Counted from the first letter of the stretch, positions 32,489 through 42,424 are shown. The stretch is 64,000 nucleotides of DNA from Verrucomicrobiota bacterium (GCA_022710725.1 JAKLGK010000010.1:67190-131189), one strand, 5' to 3'. The notes: generated by a model from the sequence alone, not told the origin. Program-made: numbers and translations.

Positions 32489-33565
32489 CTACACGATCTT
32501 TACCTTGGCGAGTTCGGCATCGATGAACGGCTGGCAGAGGTGTGCGTAGTGTTTTTGGAGCACCGTGGACGAGGGGGTATGCCCGACAACTATTTTAACC
32601 GCCTCGATATTTGACCCACTTTCAATGGCTCTACTGCAAAAATAGTGGCGGAAAGTATAAGGCGTGAATCCTTTCAATCCCGCGTTCTTAACGGCTCTCT
32701 TGAAGTGCTTCGGATAGCCATGAGCCCGGAATGCCGGTCGGCGCGGATGGAAGAACACCCAGTTGTGGGGCTTCCCGTCGGCAAAGACCTGCTCCCATTC
32801 CGTTTGCCACGCCAATAGGATGGGGAGGAGTTCCGGCAAGATGTTGACCGCCCTGAATCGTCCAGTCTTGAGATCGTGCTCTTGTTTGGGACGCACAAGG
32901 ATCTGCATCCTCTTGAAGTCGATATCGTCCCAGGAGAGGTGGAAGGATTCGCTGGGTCGCATCCCTGTGTACGCCATCAAGGCCATCCAGCAATAGACTT
33001 GGGAGCCTTCTGCTTTTCCGGCTTCAAGCAATGCCCTCATCTGCTCGGGGTTGGGAACCGGGCGATCACGAAGCACTTCCTTCAGGTTTTTGACTTCTTT
33101 CGCCGGATTCTGAAAAGCGTACTCTCTCTGCATCGCAAACTTGAACAGGTTGCGAAGGGTGATGAGTTCAAGGTTTACGGTTCTATTGGCCATGCCTTTT
33201 CTTTTCCGATCCTCCACGTATTTTTGAACATCCGATACTGCGATGGATGTCATGGGGGTCTTGTTGAAAAAGCCCAGGAGAGGGGGCCTCCGCGTCTTTT
33301 CACCGGCTATTGTGGACGCGGCACAGTCGCATGCACGGTATTCCAAGTACTCGCTGAAAATCTCGGCCAATGACTTGTTCCCTTTGCCACGAAATACCTT
33401 GCCTTCAATAATCACATCGTGCTTTCGTTTAGCTTCGGCAGCACTCGCGCGGCCCTTGGTTAGAAATCCTCCCTTACGATACCGTTGCCCCCTATGCCAA
33501 AAAGAGTAGTACCAAACGGGATGAGACCATTTATCCAAATGGTCTTTTCTTTGCCATACACTCAT
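32489..33565 (-). CDS. tyrosine recombinase / phage-type integrase
   Basis: MAYTGMRPSE (Arg), YTFRHYF (His-x-x-Arg), GHTPSSTVLQKHYAHL (His..Tyr). The start is 33565 (2 nt after the upstream stop) or 33601. Confidence 0.9.
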   Translation of the reverse strand: MSVWQRKDHLDKWSHPVWYYSFWHRGQRYRKGGFLTKGRASAAEAKRKHDVIIEGKVFRGKGNKSLAEIFSEYLEYRACDCAASTIAGEKTRRPPLLGFFNKTPMTSIAVSDVQKYVEDRKRKGMANRTVNLELITLRNLFKFAMQREYAFQNPAKEVKNLKEVLRDRPVPNPEQMRALLEAGKAEGSQVYCWMALMAYTGMRPSESFHLSWDDIDFKRMQILVRPKQEHDLKTGRFRAVNILPELLPILLAWQTEWEQVFADGKPHNWVFFHPRRPAFRAHGYPKHFKRAVKNAGLKGFTPYTFRHYFCSRAIESGSNIEAVKIVVGHTPSSTVLQKHYAHLCQPFIDAELAKVKIV

Positions 33566-33567
33566 GG

Positions 33568-34710
33568 TCAGATCTCTCCGCTCTTGGTCTTGTTGAACCA
33601 TGCATCCAAGTCCGACTTTTTGTAGGTATTCGGAGAGCCCGTCAGGTAAGGGATTTCCTTGTTATGCAGGAGCCACGATGGACTCCTCCGTAGATACATG
33701 GCTGCTTCCTTCGTCGTTAGGTACTCGTAATCCGCAAAATTGACCGTACTCTTGGCCAGGGATACGGCCGGGTGATGGTCCCGGCCAAGATCTTTCTCTT
33801 CCTGTCTTTTTGCCTTACCCGCATGTGCCGTCTCATCAAGGGATTCGCTCGAACTCGATGACGAATACACCACTTCCGAGGCTGTTTCCGGCACAGGCGC
33901 GGGCGGGGTGATGAGATATTCGGTGGATCGAGTCAGACCCGTGTTAAATGACTTTATCGAGTAGTTTACCGGCAGTTCTTCCAGGATGGCCCAGTCGTAG
34001 TGATCCTTGATTTCTGGAGCCATGTCATACGTCGCCACCCATCTGGTCCGTCCACGGAGAGCCTCGGCAAGGGCTTTGTGCTGCTCGGTCTGGAAATATT
34101 CCCGATACACGGATTTGCCTGCTTTGACATAGGGGGGATCGACGAACAGGACAGCATCGACAGGAGCTTCACGGATAAGCTGTATCCCGTCCTGGCAAAA
34201 GACCTTGGTGCGACCACGGAGCAGTTTGCGGGCCTCGATACATTCGGCGATGATTCTTCTGCAATTAAACCTGTCACCGATATGGCACTTGCCATCCTGT
34301 CCATATCCGCCAAGAGGGCCAGAATTTGCCATCCCACTGAACGTGCAATGGTTAAAGAAAATGGCACGGTAAGCACGCTCAACCTGGTCCTTGGGTGGGG
34401 TGGCGCGGAGTTGCTCAAGCAGTTCTACAGATGGAGCTTGGATGATAAGGTTAAGTAACCGCTGACACTCCCTGTCAGAGCCACTGGCCAGCACGTGCCA
34501 GAATGCCGATACGTCTTGGTCTAGGTCGTTTAGCCAGATTTCGATGTCGGGATAGTCCTGGGCCACGCTCAGCCCCACACTGAATCCACCGGCGAACGGC
34601 TCGACGTACAAGTGGGCATCACGCAACAACGGGTCGAGCTTTTCTCGGATTGAACCGATAAGTCTGTATTTTCCGCCAGGATACCTGAACAATGAGAGGT
34701 GCTTTTTCAT
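33568..34710 (-). CDS. D12-class (Dam-type) N6-adenine DNA methyltransferase fused to a C-terminal excisionase-like HTH
   Basis: FRYPGGKYRL (AdoMet motif) and FVDPPY (catalytic motif IV). The C-terminal 60 aa (YLTTKEAAMYLRRSPSWLLHNKEIPYL...YKKSDLDAWF) look like an HTH_17/Xis-type domain. Confidence 0.85.
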   Translation of the reverse strand: MKKHLSLFRYPGGKYRLIGSIREKLDPLLRDAHLYVEPFAGGFSVGLSVAQDYPDIEIWLNDLDQDVSAFWHVLASGSDRECQRLLNLIIQAPSVELLEQLRATPPKDQVERAYRAIFFNHCTFSGMANSGPLGGYGQDGKCHIGDRFNCRRIIAECIEARKLLRGRTKVFCQDGIQLIREAPVDAVLFVDPPYVKAGKSVYREYFQTEQHKALAEALRGRTRWVATYDMAPEIKDHYDWAILEELPVNYSIKSFNTGLTRSTEYLITPPAPVPETASEVVYSSSSSSESLDETAHAGKAKRQEEKDLGRDHHPAVSLAKSTVNFADYEYLTTKEAAMYLRRSPSWLLHNKEIPYLTGSPNTYKKSDLDAWFNKTKSGEI

Positions 34711-35318
34711 GAGGCACCGCCCTGTTCCTGCTGGTCAAGCCATGCGTAATACTCGTCTTGCGTTGTATCATCCGGCATGTCCCACATCGGCTCGCTGTAT
34801 GGATTGCTAATACGTGGCCGGAAAACAACTATGGCCACGGGGAATGGAGCCGGATATTCAGCGCCTTTAAATGTCAATCGTCCTATGGGGAACCGTATTT
34901 CAGATGCCTTGGCTGCGTACTGGTGCCACCAGTCCGTATCCACTCGTGCGGGTACAAGAGCAACCACCAGGGCAGCATTGTCCCGACACTCTATGTAGGC
35001 CTTTCTCAACCATTTTGGGAGTTCGGCGCTGTAGGGCGGATTCATAAAGACCCTCTCCCCTGCCCATGACTGCGCCAATCCATCTTCCGCTGGGGTGTAG
35101 TGCTTTTTACATTTGGCGGTCTTGTGGGTGCAGCAGGGGTCCAAGTCAAATTTGAACTCCAAATTCAAATACTCGAACCACACTGCCGGGGTAGCCCAAC
35201 TGTTGTTCCCTGTACTGGTCAATACCTGACGTGCATGCTCTGCTGTTTTATTTCTGCATACTTTATTATCTGCATCTGAGTTTGCCGGATTATCTCCAGC
35301 GGGTTTTGACTTCTTCAT
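34707..35318 (-). CDS. phage-type DNA N6-adenine methyltransferase (T1 Dam-like family)
   Basis: WATP..WF..LN.EF.FDLDPC...W.GERVFMNPPYS pattern with the NPPY catalytic motif. ATGA overlap with the downstream methyltransferase. Confidence 0.8.
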   Translation of the reverse strand: MKKSKPAGDNPANSDADNKVCRNKTAEHARQVLTSTGNNSWATPAVWFEYLNLEFKFDLDPCCTHKTAKCKKHYTPAEDGLAQSWAGERVFMNPPYSAELPKWLRKAYIECRDNAALVVALVPARVDTDWWHQYAAKASEIRFPIGRLTFKGAEYPAPFPVAIVVFRPRISNPYSEPMWDMPDDTTQDEYYAWLDQQEQGGAS

Positions 35319-35559
35319 TTATTCTCTCCAATATATTTCCGAATTACTTTACATGCCGCGCTCCTTTTTAGTTGTTTGAGGCGGTGAATATTCTGTCTCC
35401 GACGATCTACATACTATGCTGCTGTGTTTCCGTCCTTGCTCCCCTCCTTGTTGTTAGTCTGCATTGTCCCAATATTAGTAGTACCCCTGTTCTGTTTAGG
35501 GCGTCAATGACCTCACGCCTAAAAAGTAACCTCTCATATATGATGGCGTCCCCATGATT

Positions 35560-36168
35560 CTAAATATGCTCAATTAATGCCCCCATGACCGAATCGCAAA
35601 ACGCCATAATCCTGTGCTCACTGGCCCGCTGGCCGTCCCATGCGCCTGGGTAGTCCGGCCCGGCATAGCGTGATTCTGAATGAAAACTGACCTGGCCGGT
35701 GGGGATCTCTATATATAGGACATCGGCCAGATAGCCCTTGTCATCCTGCCCCCATCCCCACTTGATTTCAGGCAACGAAGGCAGAAATTCACACAGTTTC
35801 TGAAGAATTTGGCCTTTACGGTCATAGGCGTACTGCTTGTAATCGCCATGACGGTAGAGCTTGGCCCGAGCAGAGGATTTCTGGGCACGGAAAAGATGAG
35901 CTGCCAGAACCCCATATAACCCACGGGATTTAAGCTGCTTGAGGTATTTGCGGGTTATAGAAGCTTCGCTCTGGACGAAGATGTCCGCAGCTTTTGGGTG
36001 GGTGCGCCGATACTCCTTTTCGGCCCATATGATTCGCTGTTTTGCGCACCGACTTTGATAAAGAGGGGCAGCAGCGTCTGATTTGCGCAGAAAGCTCGGG
36101 TGCCAGAACAGATCCGACCCAAGACCTCCCGCAAACTGAATTTGAACTAACGACCTGTATTTTTCCAT
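35560..36168 (-). CDS. hypothetical protein
   Basis: 202-aa ORF on the same strand as the replication module. It has a conserved-looking motif IEIPTGQVSFHS. No family recognised. Confidence 0.55.
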   Translation of the reverse strand: MEKYRSLVQIQFAGGLGSDLFWHPSFLRKSDAAAPLYQSRCAKQRIIWAEKEYRRTHPKAADIFVQSEASITRKYLKQLKSRGLYGVLAAHLFRAQKSSARAKLYRHGDYKQYAYDRKGQILQKLCEFLPSLPEIKWGWGQDDKGYLADVLYIEIPTGQVSFHSESRYAGPDYPGAWDGQRASEHRIMAFCDSVMGALIEHI

Positions 36169-36429
36169 TTATCCACCTCCGGGAGACACCGCTCCCGCTA
36201 CCGATCTGATCGAGGTGGCATTGGTCGTTAGTCACGAGGACCAACAAAAGCGCCGACTATCAATTGTGTTGCACGCATCAGATCAGGCATGCAACGCCCG
36301 TGAATAATATAATTTATTATTCGCTTCTCTTCTACTATAAACTCAATCAAATGTCAACAACTAAATTATTCTAAATAGCCATATCTAATTAGTAACATAT
36401 TCTCTGCATGATGGACTTTTAAAAAACAT

Positions 36430-39400
36430 CTACTTCTCCCCCCATGTCTGACACGCCTTGCAATCCACCACGATTGGCACTTGCGGGAAAATGGCCGCCA
36501 TCGCCTCGACCATGGCGTCGTGCACTATGGTATTTACCGCCTCAGCCTGCTCCGATGGTGTCTCGACGATCAGTTCGTCGTGGACGGTTGAGACGATTCC
36601 TGCCCCGTACGGTAGGCGGCTGGCGACAAGCAGAATTGCTTTTTTCATTCCGTCGGCACAGCTCCCCTGGACCGGCGTGTTCAGTAGCGTAGAGAATCGC
36701 GCCCATCTTTTGTCAAATCCGGCGGGCAGCATGCGCCTGCGGCCCAGTAGCGTTCGGACTTCCTTGGCACCACCAGCCTCAAGCCCTGCTTTGTCGTGCC
36801 AACGCCGCAGCCCTCGGTAGGCATTGAAAAATCGCTCTCTCATCTGAACGGCCTGTTGGTCAGTAAGCGTTACGCCGTAACTGGTTTTGGCGTACTTCAC
36901 CAATGTTGCCGCATACATTCCGTAGAGCAACCCGAAGTTCACGGCCTTGGCCAATTGTCGATCCTCTTTCGACACCGCATCGGGACTGATGCCCAGGACA
37001 AGGCTCGCCGTCTGCTTGTGCAAATCAGCCCCTTGGCGATACGCCTCGATCATTTTTGGTTCGTTGGCGATGGCCGCGGCGGCTCTCAACTCGATTTGCG
37101 AGTAGTCGGCAACAACCAAGGAGCAGCCTGGGCTTGCAACGAAGCAGTTTCGCAGCTCGCCTCGGGCGATGTTCTGCAGGTTAGGGTCCTTGGAGGAGAA
37201 TCTGCCTGTTTCAGTTCCGGTGGGTTCAAAACGCCCATGAATGCGTCCGTCCGGGCCTATCTTTTGAAGAAGCTTTTCTGTTTGTTCGGTGCGTTTCTGG
37301 GCGTTGCGATAAGCCAGGATATGAGGTACAAACCGGTCGTCGCCGCTGGCCTGTAAGGCTTCTTCGCCTGTTGATTCCAATGTAATACCCACACCGGCCA
37401 GCACGGTCTTGAGTTGCGCCGGTGAAGCCGGGTTGAGGGCAGGGGCATTGAATGTCTGTCGCAGCACCGTAGCTGCGGTGTCTCGCTCTTCTGCCGCCTT
37501 CTTGGAAAGGACCGCCAACCTGACCTTATCAATAGCAAACCCCCGAGCCTCGATATCCACCACCACCGGCAGGAGGTCCATCTCGGTTTCATACACCGTC
37601 AGCAACCCGGCCTTTTCTAGTTCGCCCTGGAGCTTTCCATGTAGGGCATGAAGATGATGCACATCGTCTGCGGCGTACCGCAGTTGTTCCTCGGACAACG
37701 CCATTGCCCCCCAATCAGATCGCCCTTGGTCCTTGGGCAGGTCTATTTGGAGGTGACGGGAAATTATAGCCCCGAGGTCGTTCGGCTCTTTGGTCCCGTT
37801 GGTCAACAAGCGACTGGCCGTCATGGTGTCCAGCACATTGCGGAGCACCAAGCCGCATTTAACCCGCAGCCACAGCGCATCAAACTTGATGTTGTGGCCC
37901 AAGACCGGCTTGGCGGGCAGCACCGCGCCGAGCGGTCCAAGATCGTAGCCAATAGCTTTCAGGTCCAGCACCCATGGGGAAACGCCTGGGATAGCCAAGG
38001 ATAGGAGCCGTATATCGCCCTGCCATGGGTCTAACCCGCCCTTGGCTCCATACGTTTCTATGTCCAAGGCAACGGGTTCCGATGCCGCCGTAATCTGGTC
38101 GGCTATGCCTTTTAGGGCGTCCGAGGATGTCACCAGGTCAAAGCAGGGGATTGTGGAAGATGCGGGCACCTTGGGCACGTTAGGCACCTGTTCTATGCTC
38201 TTATATATTTCCCTCTCTTTATTTTTCATCTCTATATTATTTGAAGAATTGGTTTTAATATAGGGAGTATAGGGAAGGTGCCCAAGGTGCCCAACGTGTC
38301 CACCTCCGGAAGGCGATTCTCCGACCTTGGCAGAGTTAAAAACGGTATCGAACATGGCGGCGCGGGCATTTACGGTAGAACCGCCCGCATCTTTCACGAA
38401 CCGATATGTATGCTGCTGAGATTTCTTGGCAGAGGCATTGCGTTCCAATCGGATACCGCCCAGAACACGCCCTACATGCTTATTCAGCAGTAGGGCGAAG
38501 GATGTGCGTCCGCCACGGCTTTCAAGGTCGAGCCACCCGAACAGCTCTGTGCCCTCGCCCTCAAGCAGTTCCATGATACGGCCCTTATTCACCCATTCCC
38601 CGTTGAACTGCTCGTGAGCCAGCGCAAATAGCGTCTTCATGTCGCCGGTTTGCTGGTCCCCGGCGATTTGGGTCCCGTCATTGGGAACAGGAAGACATGG
38701 ATCGCCCAATCCAGCAGAAGTCATGATGCCACCTACCACCTTTGCCCAGAGCGGGTAGCTGGTAAATGGGCTGGGTCCCGACGGGCGGCCCTGCATGTCC
38801 CAGTGGTCAACCAGCGCTGCAATAGCGGAGAGGACCCGACCACGGTTTGCGCGCAGCCACCCATGCAGGTCTGGCCTTTGGAAGGTTCGAGCGTTGGGGT
38901 CCTCCTCGCTGTAGAACAGCATAATCGGACGGCACCGAGCGTCGAGGTCCGGCGTGTAAGTCAATCCTGTATTAGCTGACAAACTGATCTCCATCTCATT
39001 CGGAAGGCTGATCGTGGTATTGCCTCCTAAAACACGGTCCGTCCATACCTCGGCTGTGCCGATACTTTCAAACGCCGAATTGTTTATATGCCCCTTGCAG
39101 TTTGCGAAGTGAATCCGACGCCGACCGGCGATCAGCGCAGAGGTAATTTTCTTGCGTGTCTCGGCCACGTCTGCGGTTAGCGGGGCATCCTCGTTTGTAC
39201 GGCCCTCATAGAGTATCGACGCAAGATTGGCCTCGCAATCTTTGCCTGCTCGTGCGCGGTTTGCGCCGTGGAACCACGTGGGTGTCCGAGCAGTCCATCG
39301 CCCGAACAGGCCGCGGCAGAAAGGCGTAATGAGCGCCGCTATGGCATGGGTAATGTCCTGCGCCGTCCGAAAACAGAACTCAAAATACAATTCACGCAGC

Positions 39401-40911
39401 AAGGCCAGGGCATCTGCCACTGGCATGCGCTCGATTTTCGGGGCGTCCTCGGCAAGATACGTCATGAAGCGCGGATCGTAGCCGGTGGACGGGTAGCAAA
39501 TTATCCCCTCCGGCGTGAGGATGGGAATCGGCACATCCAAGATACGTTCGACAACAGGCAGCTGCTCCCGAAATTGTTGTGCTGCCAATACTACCTCGGC
39601 TGTGTTTTTGTCCATGGAGCGGGCATTGAAAACGTCATTGCCCAGATCGTCCTTCGTCAAAAACCCCACCTCGGCGTAACTTTCCATCAAGGTAATCAAC
39701 CTAGCGGGCTTAACGACGGCAAATCCTAGGCACAGTTGTCCTTTTGCGAATTGGATCTGACTGATTTCCACAACCAGGCCGTTACGAAGGAAAAGACGCC
39801 TGACGCTAGTCGATGTGGCAATCGCTGCTCCTGCGTCTTTTGCAAAATCTGAGGCGGAGCGCCCTACACCGGGGAGGATGAGGCGCGGCCGCCCGTCCTG
39901 AGCAGTTTGACCCGGCTGAAAAACTCTCATCCGTTTACAGTGCAGGTCTACGCAGCCCGGTTCCGCTAATTCAAACCAATCCAGTACTTCGGCGAGATGC
40001 CGCTCAGCGCAATGTGCGTGCAGGCAAGAAAAACCCGGCATACTGTCAGGTGGCGCAAAGATTACAGTGCTGGAGTCGTCGGCAGCCTCTGCCTTGTCAC
40101 CATGCTCTGTTCGCCAAGGGCACAGGGCGGAGTATTTATTTTCATCCGGCGTGACGAGGTCGCCAAGCATCCCTGCGTCATGAAACAGTTCCGCTATATC
40201 TAGCGTGCGTAGGTCGCCCTGGTATTTCGCCCACCACGCTGCTTTATTCTGTCTGCGAACGGTGTGGCTGTCGGTTGTTTCTCCCTCATCGGTAGGCAGC
40301 CTGAATCCGAACCATTGCTGGAGTTGCGACCATGTTACGGTTGGAACTTCTCCCTTGGTCCTCCACTCGTAGGCCGATCCGTTTGGGTGAATGGAGGGCG
40401 GCAACACGATGTTAAGTCCGTCATAATACAGCTCTATCGTAAGCTTTTCGTTGATGTGGGAAATTAGAGCCTTCTCATACCTCTTCCCATTAGATTTCTT
40501 GAACTGGGGCAGATCATAGCAAACGAACACGAGCCGTTCGCCATTGCCGGTGGAATAGCGGGGGACATTCTTAAGATGCGCTTGCGCGGGCTGGTCATCT
40601 AACCACGCCCGCACGCTAGCACCCTGGTCCTTTTTCGAATCAAGGTCTATGAAGACCCATGGACGGCGGACCACGACTCCGAGATTGGAGGTTGTGCCAT
40701 TACTAAAGTACGTTGAAAGAAATTCATCCGTCACTTTTTCAACAGACCAACATTTCCAATCCCGAAGTCGTGGCTTTTTGCCCCGTTCGCTTGGCCCGCC
40801 CTCGCTAGGGCCATGTAGCGGGTGAACCGCCCACCCAAGGTCACGATACAGACGTGCTGCGGCCAGTTTATGGCTTGGTATTTCATCTGGTATTGTAAAA
40901 ACCTCGCTCAT
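36430..40911 (-). CDS. fusion replicase: N-terminal bifunctional primase-polymerase (PrimPol) + Zn motif + ~500-aa central region + C-terminal family A DNA polymerase with 3'-5' exonuclease
   Basis: PrimPol: GKKPRLRDW, WVFIDLDS, IVLPPSIHPNGSAYEW. Zn motif: CPWRTEHGD...FSCLHAHC. Exonuclease: LDIETYG, GHNIKFD, YAADDVHHL. Polymerase motifs A/B/C: VADYSQIELR, RQLAKAVNFGLLYG, STVHDELIVE. Confidence 0.9.
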   Translation of the reverse strand: MSEVFTIPDEIPSHKLAAARLYRDLGWAVHPLHGPSEGGPSERGKKPRLRDWKCWSVEKVTDEFLSTYFSNGTTSNLGVVVRRPWVFIDLDSKKDQGASVRAWLDDQPAQAHLKNVPRYSTGNGERLVFVCYDLPQFKKSNGKRYEKALISHINEKLTIELYYDGLNIVLPPSIHPNGSAYEWRTKGEVPTVTWSQLQQWFGFRLPTDEGETTDSHTVRRQNKAAWWAKYQGDLRTLDIAELFHDAGMLGDLVTPDENKYSALCPWRTEHGDKAEAADDSSTVIFAPPDSMPGFSCLHAHCAERHLAEVLDWFELAEPGCVDLHCKRMRVFQPGQTAQDGRPRLILPGVGRSASDFAKDAGAAIATSTSVRRLFLRNGLVVEISQIQFAKGQLCLGFAVVKPARLITLMESYAEVGFLTKDDLGNDVFNARSMDKNTAEVVLAAQQFREQLPVVERILDVPIPILTPEGIICYPSTGYDPRFMTYLAEDAPKIERMPVADALALLRELYFEFCFRTAQDITHAIAALITPFCRGLFGRWTARTPTWFHGANRARAGKDCEANLASILYEGRTNEDAPLTADVAETRKKITSALIAGRRRIHFANCKGHINNSAFESIGTAEVWTDRVLGGNTTISLPNEMEISLSANTGLTYTPDLDARCRPIMLFYSEEDPNARTFQRPDLHGWLRANRGRVLSAIAALVDHWDMQGRPSGPSPFTSYPLWAKVVGGIMTSAGLGDPCLPVPNDGTQIAGDQQTGDMKTLFALAHEQFNGEWVNKGRIMELLEGEGTELFGWLDLESRGGRTSFALLLNKHVGRVLGGIRLERNASAKKSQQHTYRFVKDAGGSTVNARAAMFDTVFNSAKVGESPSGGGHVGHLGHLPYTPYIKTNSSNNIEMKNKEREIYKSIEQVPNVPKVPASSTIPCFDLVTSSDALKGIADQITAASEPVALDIETYGAKGGLDPWQGDIRLLSLAIPGVSPWVLDLKAIGYDLGPLGAVLPAKPVLGHNIKFDALWLRVKCGLVLRNVLDTMTASRLLTNGTKEPNDLGAIISRHLQIDLPKDQGRSDWGAMALSEEQLRYAADDVHHLHALHGKLQGELEKAGLLTVYETEMDLLPVVVDIEARGFAIDKVRLAVLSKKAAEERDTAATVLRQTFNAPALNPASPAQLKTVLAGVGITLESTGEEALQASGDDRFVPHILAYRNAQKRTEQTEKLLQKIGPDGRIHGRFEPTGTETGRFSSKDPNLQNIARGELRNCFVASPGCSLVVADYSQIELRAAAAIANEPKMIEAYRQGADLHKQTASLVLGISPDAVSKEDRQLAKAVNFGLLYGMYAATLVKYAKTSYGVTLTDQQAVQMRERFFNAYRGLRRWHDKAGLEAGGAKEVRTLLGRRRMLPAGFDKRWARFSTLLNTPVQGSCADGMKKAILLVASRLPYGAGIVSTVHDELIVETPSEQAEAVNTIVHDAMVEAMAAIFPQVPIVVDCKACQTWGEK

Positions 40912-40943
40912 ATGCCCTGTCGTTTACCGTCTTCCTCCTTGTA

Positions 40944-41459
40944 TCACCAACCCTCGCCGGGCATGTTTACCCCTGCCGCTTCCTTGACGCCGTTTTTAGC
41001 GGCCGGATCTGCGACAGCCTTTTTCAGCGCCTCCAACTTATCATTCCAGTCCTCTGGGACCGGGCCGATGTTATGGATGGTCGCAAACGGTTGGCCTGGA
41101 TGTAGAGTCGACGGCATATGGGCGATGGTTATCATCGCTCCACACCCCTTAAGCTCGCCGAAGTCCCAGCCAGCTCGTGGGGGCTCCCCACACCATGCAT
41201 GAAGGGCTTGATATAGGGATGATTTCTCGTGTGACGAGATCCGCATCTTGCGAGATGTTATCCGAAATATCTCACCTGACTTCGGATCCTTAAAGACGAA
41301 CCGGAATTGGGTCTGATCAATCACTTCCATTTCTTCGGAGTTGTACTTCTTTCGATGAACACCGAACTCGTCTTTTATATCCTCACAAATTGCGAGGAAT
41401 GTGCCTTTCGGGATAGTCTTCCAGTTTGCGTTACCACTAACTTCTGGCAATATTGCCAT
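40944..41459 (-). CDS. hypothetical protein (possibly phage SSB-like/DUF669-like; weak)
   Basis: 171-aa ORF located 33 nt upstream of the replicase on the same strand, with an acidic/Ala-rich tail. The family guess is low confidence. Confidence 0.5.
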   Translation of the reverse strand: MAILPEVSGNANWKTIPKGTFLAICEDIKDEFGVHRKKYNSEEMEVIDQTQFRFVFKDPKSGEIFRITSRKMRISSHEKSSLYQALHAWCGEPPRAGWDFGELKGCGAMITIAHMPSTLHPGQPFATIHNIGPVPEDWNDKLEALKKAVADPAAKNGVKEAAGVNMPGEGW

Positions 41460-42102
41460 ATGTATTCTCCTTTTGTGTTGGGGTATTGTTTATCGGATGG
41501 TGAATGACCCAACCATTTGTTAAACACTCACCATCAAATCTTTTCATGCTGGTCAGAATAGTGCTGCAAGGTGGAGCGGCGGTAAGTCTCGACAACTGCA
41601 AGGCGATGTGAATTAGACCGGAAGTGGAGTGCCGCCCAAGAGGGGGGCTCTCGACCCTGCCGGTGGACGTTCTGCCTATGCGTCGCGCCAAGGGCGCAGC
41701 CAAAGCCATTAAAAGGAGGGGGCGAAGGAGGGGGGCGTCAACTTGCCACGAACTGCCACACGTGTACAGACAACTCGACTGCTCAGGCCAATCACTATCT
41801 ATTACAGATAATCTATCGCTTGTAGCATTACTTGATTGAGGTAAATAGCTTCCCGCCACTATTCGGGCGGCTTCCTGCCTTAACAACATATAAGCTCTCC
41901 ATATTGATCCTTTTGTTGACCGCTGCCCCCGACCCATCCTTTGGCGGAACTCGCCATTGGCTATTGGACCTAGCTGAGGGCTTCACCAGGTCCTCCGATA
42001 ATCTTAAAATCATCATCTTCACCACTTCCATTATACCTCAAAATAGAAAAATCATAAAGAAATATTTATACCTAAATAGAAATAGCTAGAATATGCTGAA
42101 CA

Positions 42103-42285
42103 TTACTCAATCTCATCAACACGAACCCCGTTCTGTTTTAAATATCTGAGCATCACTCCACGGATCAGTGAACTGACGGTCTGGCGTTGTTTCCAGGCTA
42201 TATCGCAAACGGCCTCGTGAACACTGTCCGGCCAACGCACTGTCAGGCCATTTCGCTTTTTCAATTCTGTTTTTATTCTGTCCAT
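42103..42285 (-). CDS. ribbon-helix-helix (CopG/Arc-like) small regulator
   Basis: 60 aa. LTVRWPDSVHEAVCDIAWKQRQTVSSLIRGVMLRYLKQ fits a beta-alpha-alpha RHH layout. It is the first gene of the minus-strand module. Confidence 0.6.
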   Translation of the reverse strand: MDRIKTELKKRNGLTVRWPDSVHEAVCDIAWKQRQTVSSLIRGVMLRYLKQNGVRVDEIE

Positions 42286-42424
42286 CCAAAAACACCTCCT
42301 CCAATGTTACTGACTATTATAGTCCACTTTTAATATTTCTAAGAATCATTCTGCGGTTCCCTCTATTTTCTTTAGAGTAAAAAAAGTCATCTTTACCGAT
42401 AGTTGGGCAGGAAAATATTCTGCA

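Noticed and set aside
33568-35318. A complete restriction-modification system
   Set aside because: No ORF adjacent to the two methyltransferases resembles a restriction endonuclease, so they look like orphan or anti-restriction methylases.
41437-41937. 166-aa minus-strand ORF in the leader region
   Set aside because: It overlaps the start of the 171-aa gene and has an odd composition (S/L/R/P-rich). No SD or motif supports it, so I treated the region as non-coding.
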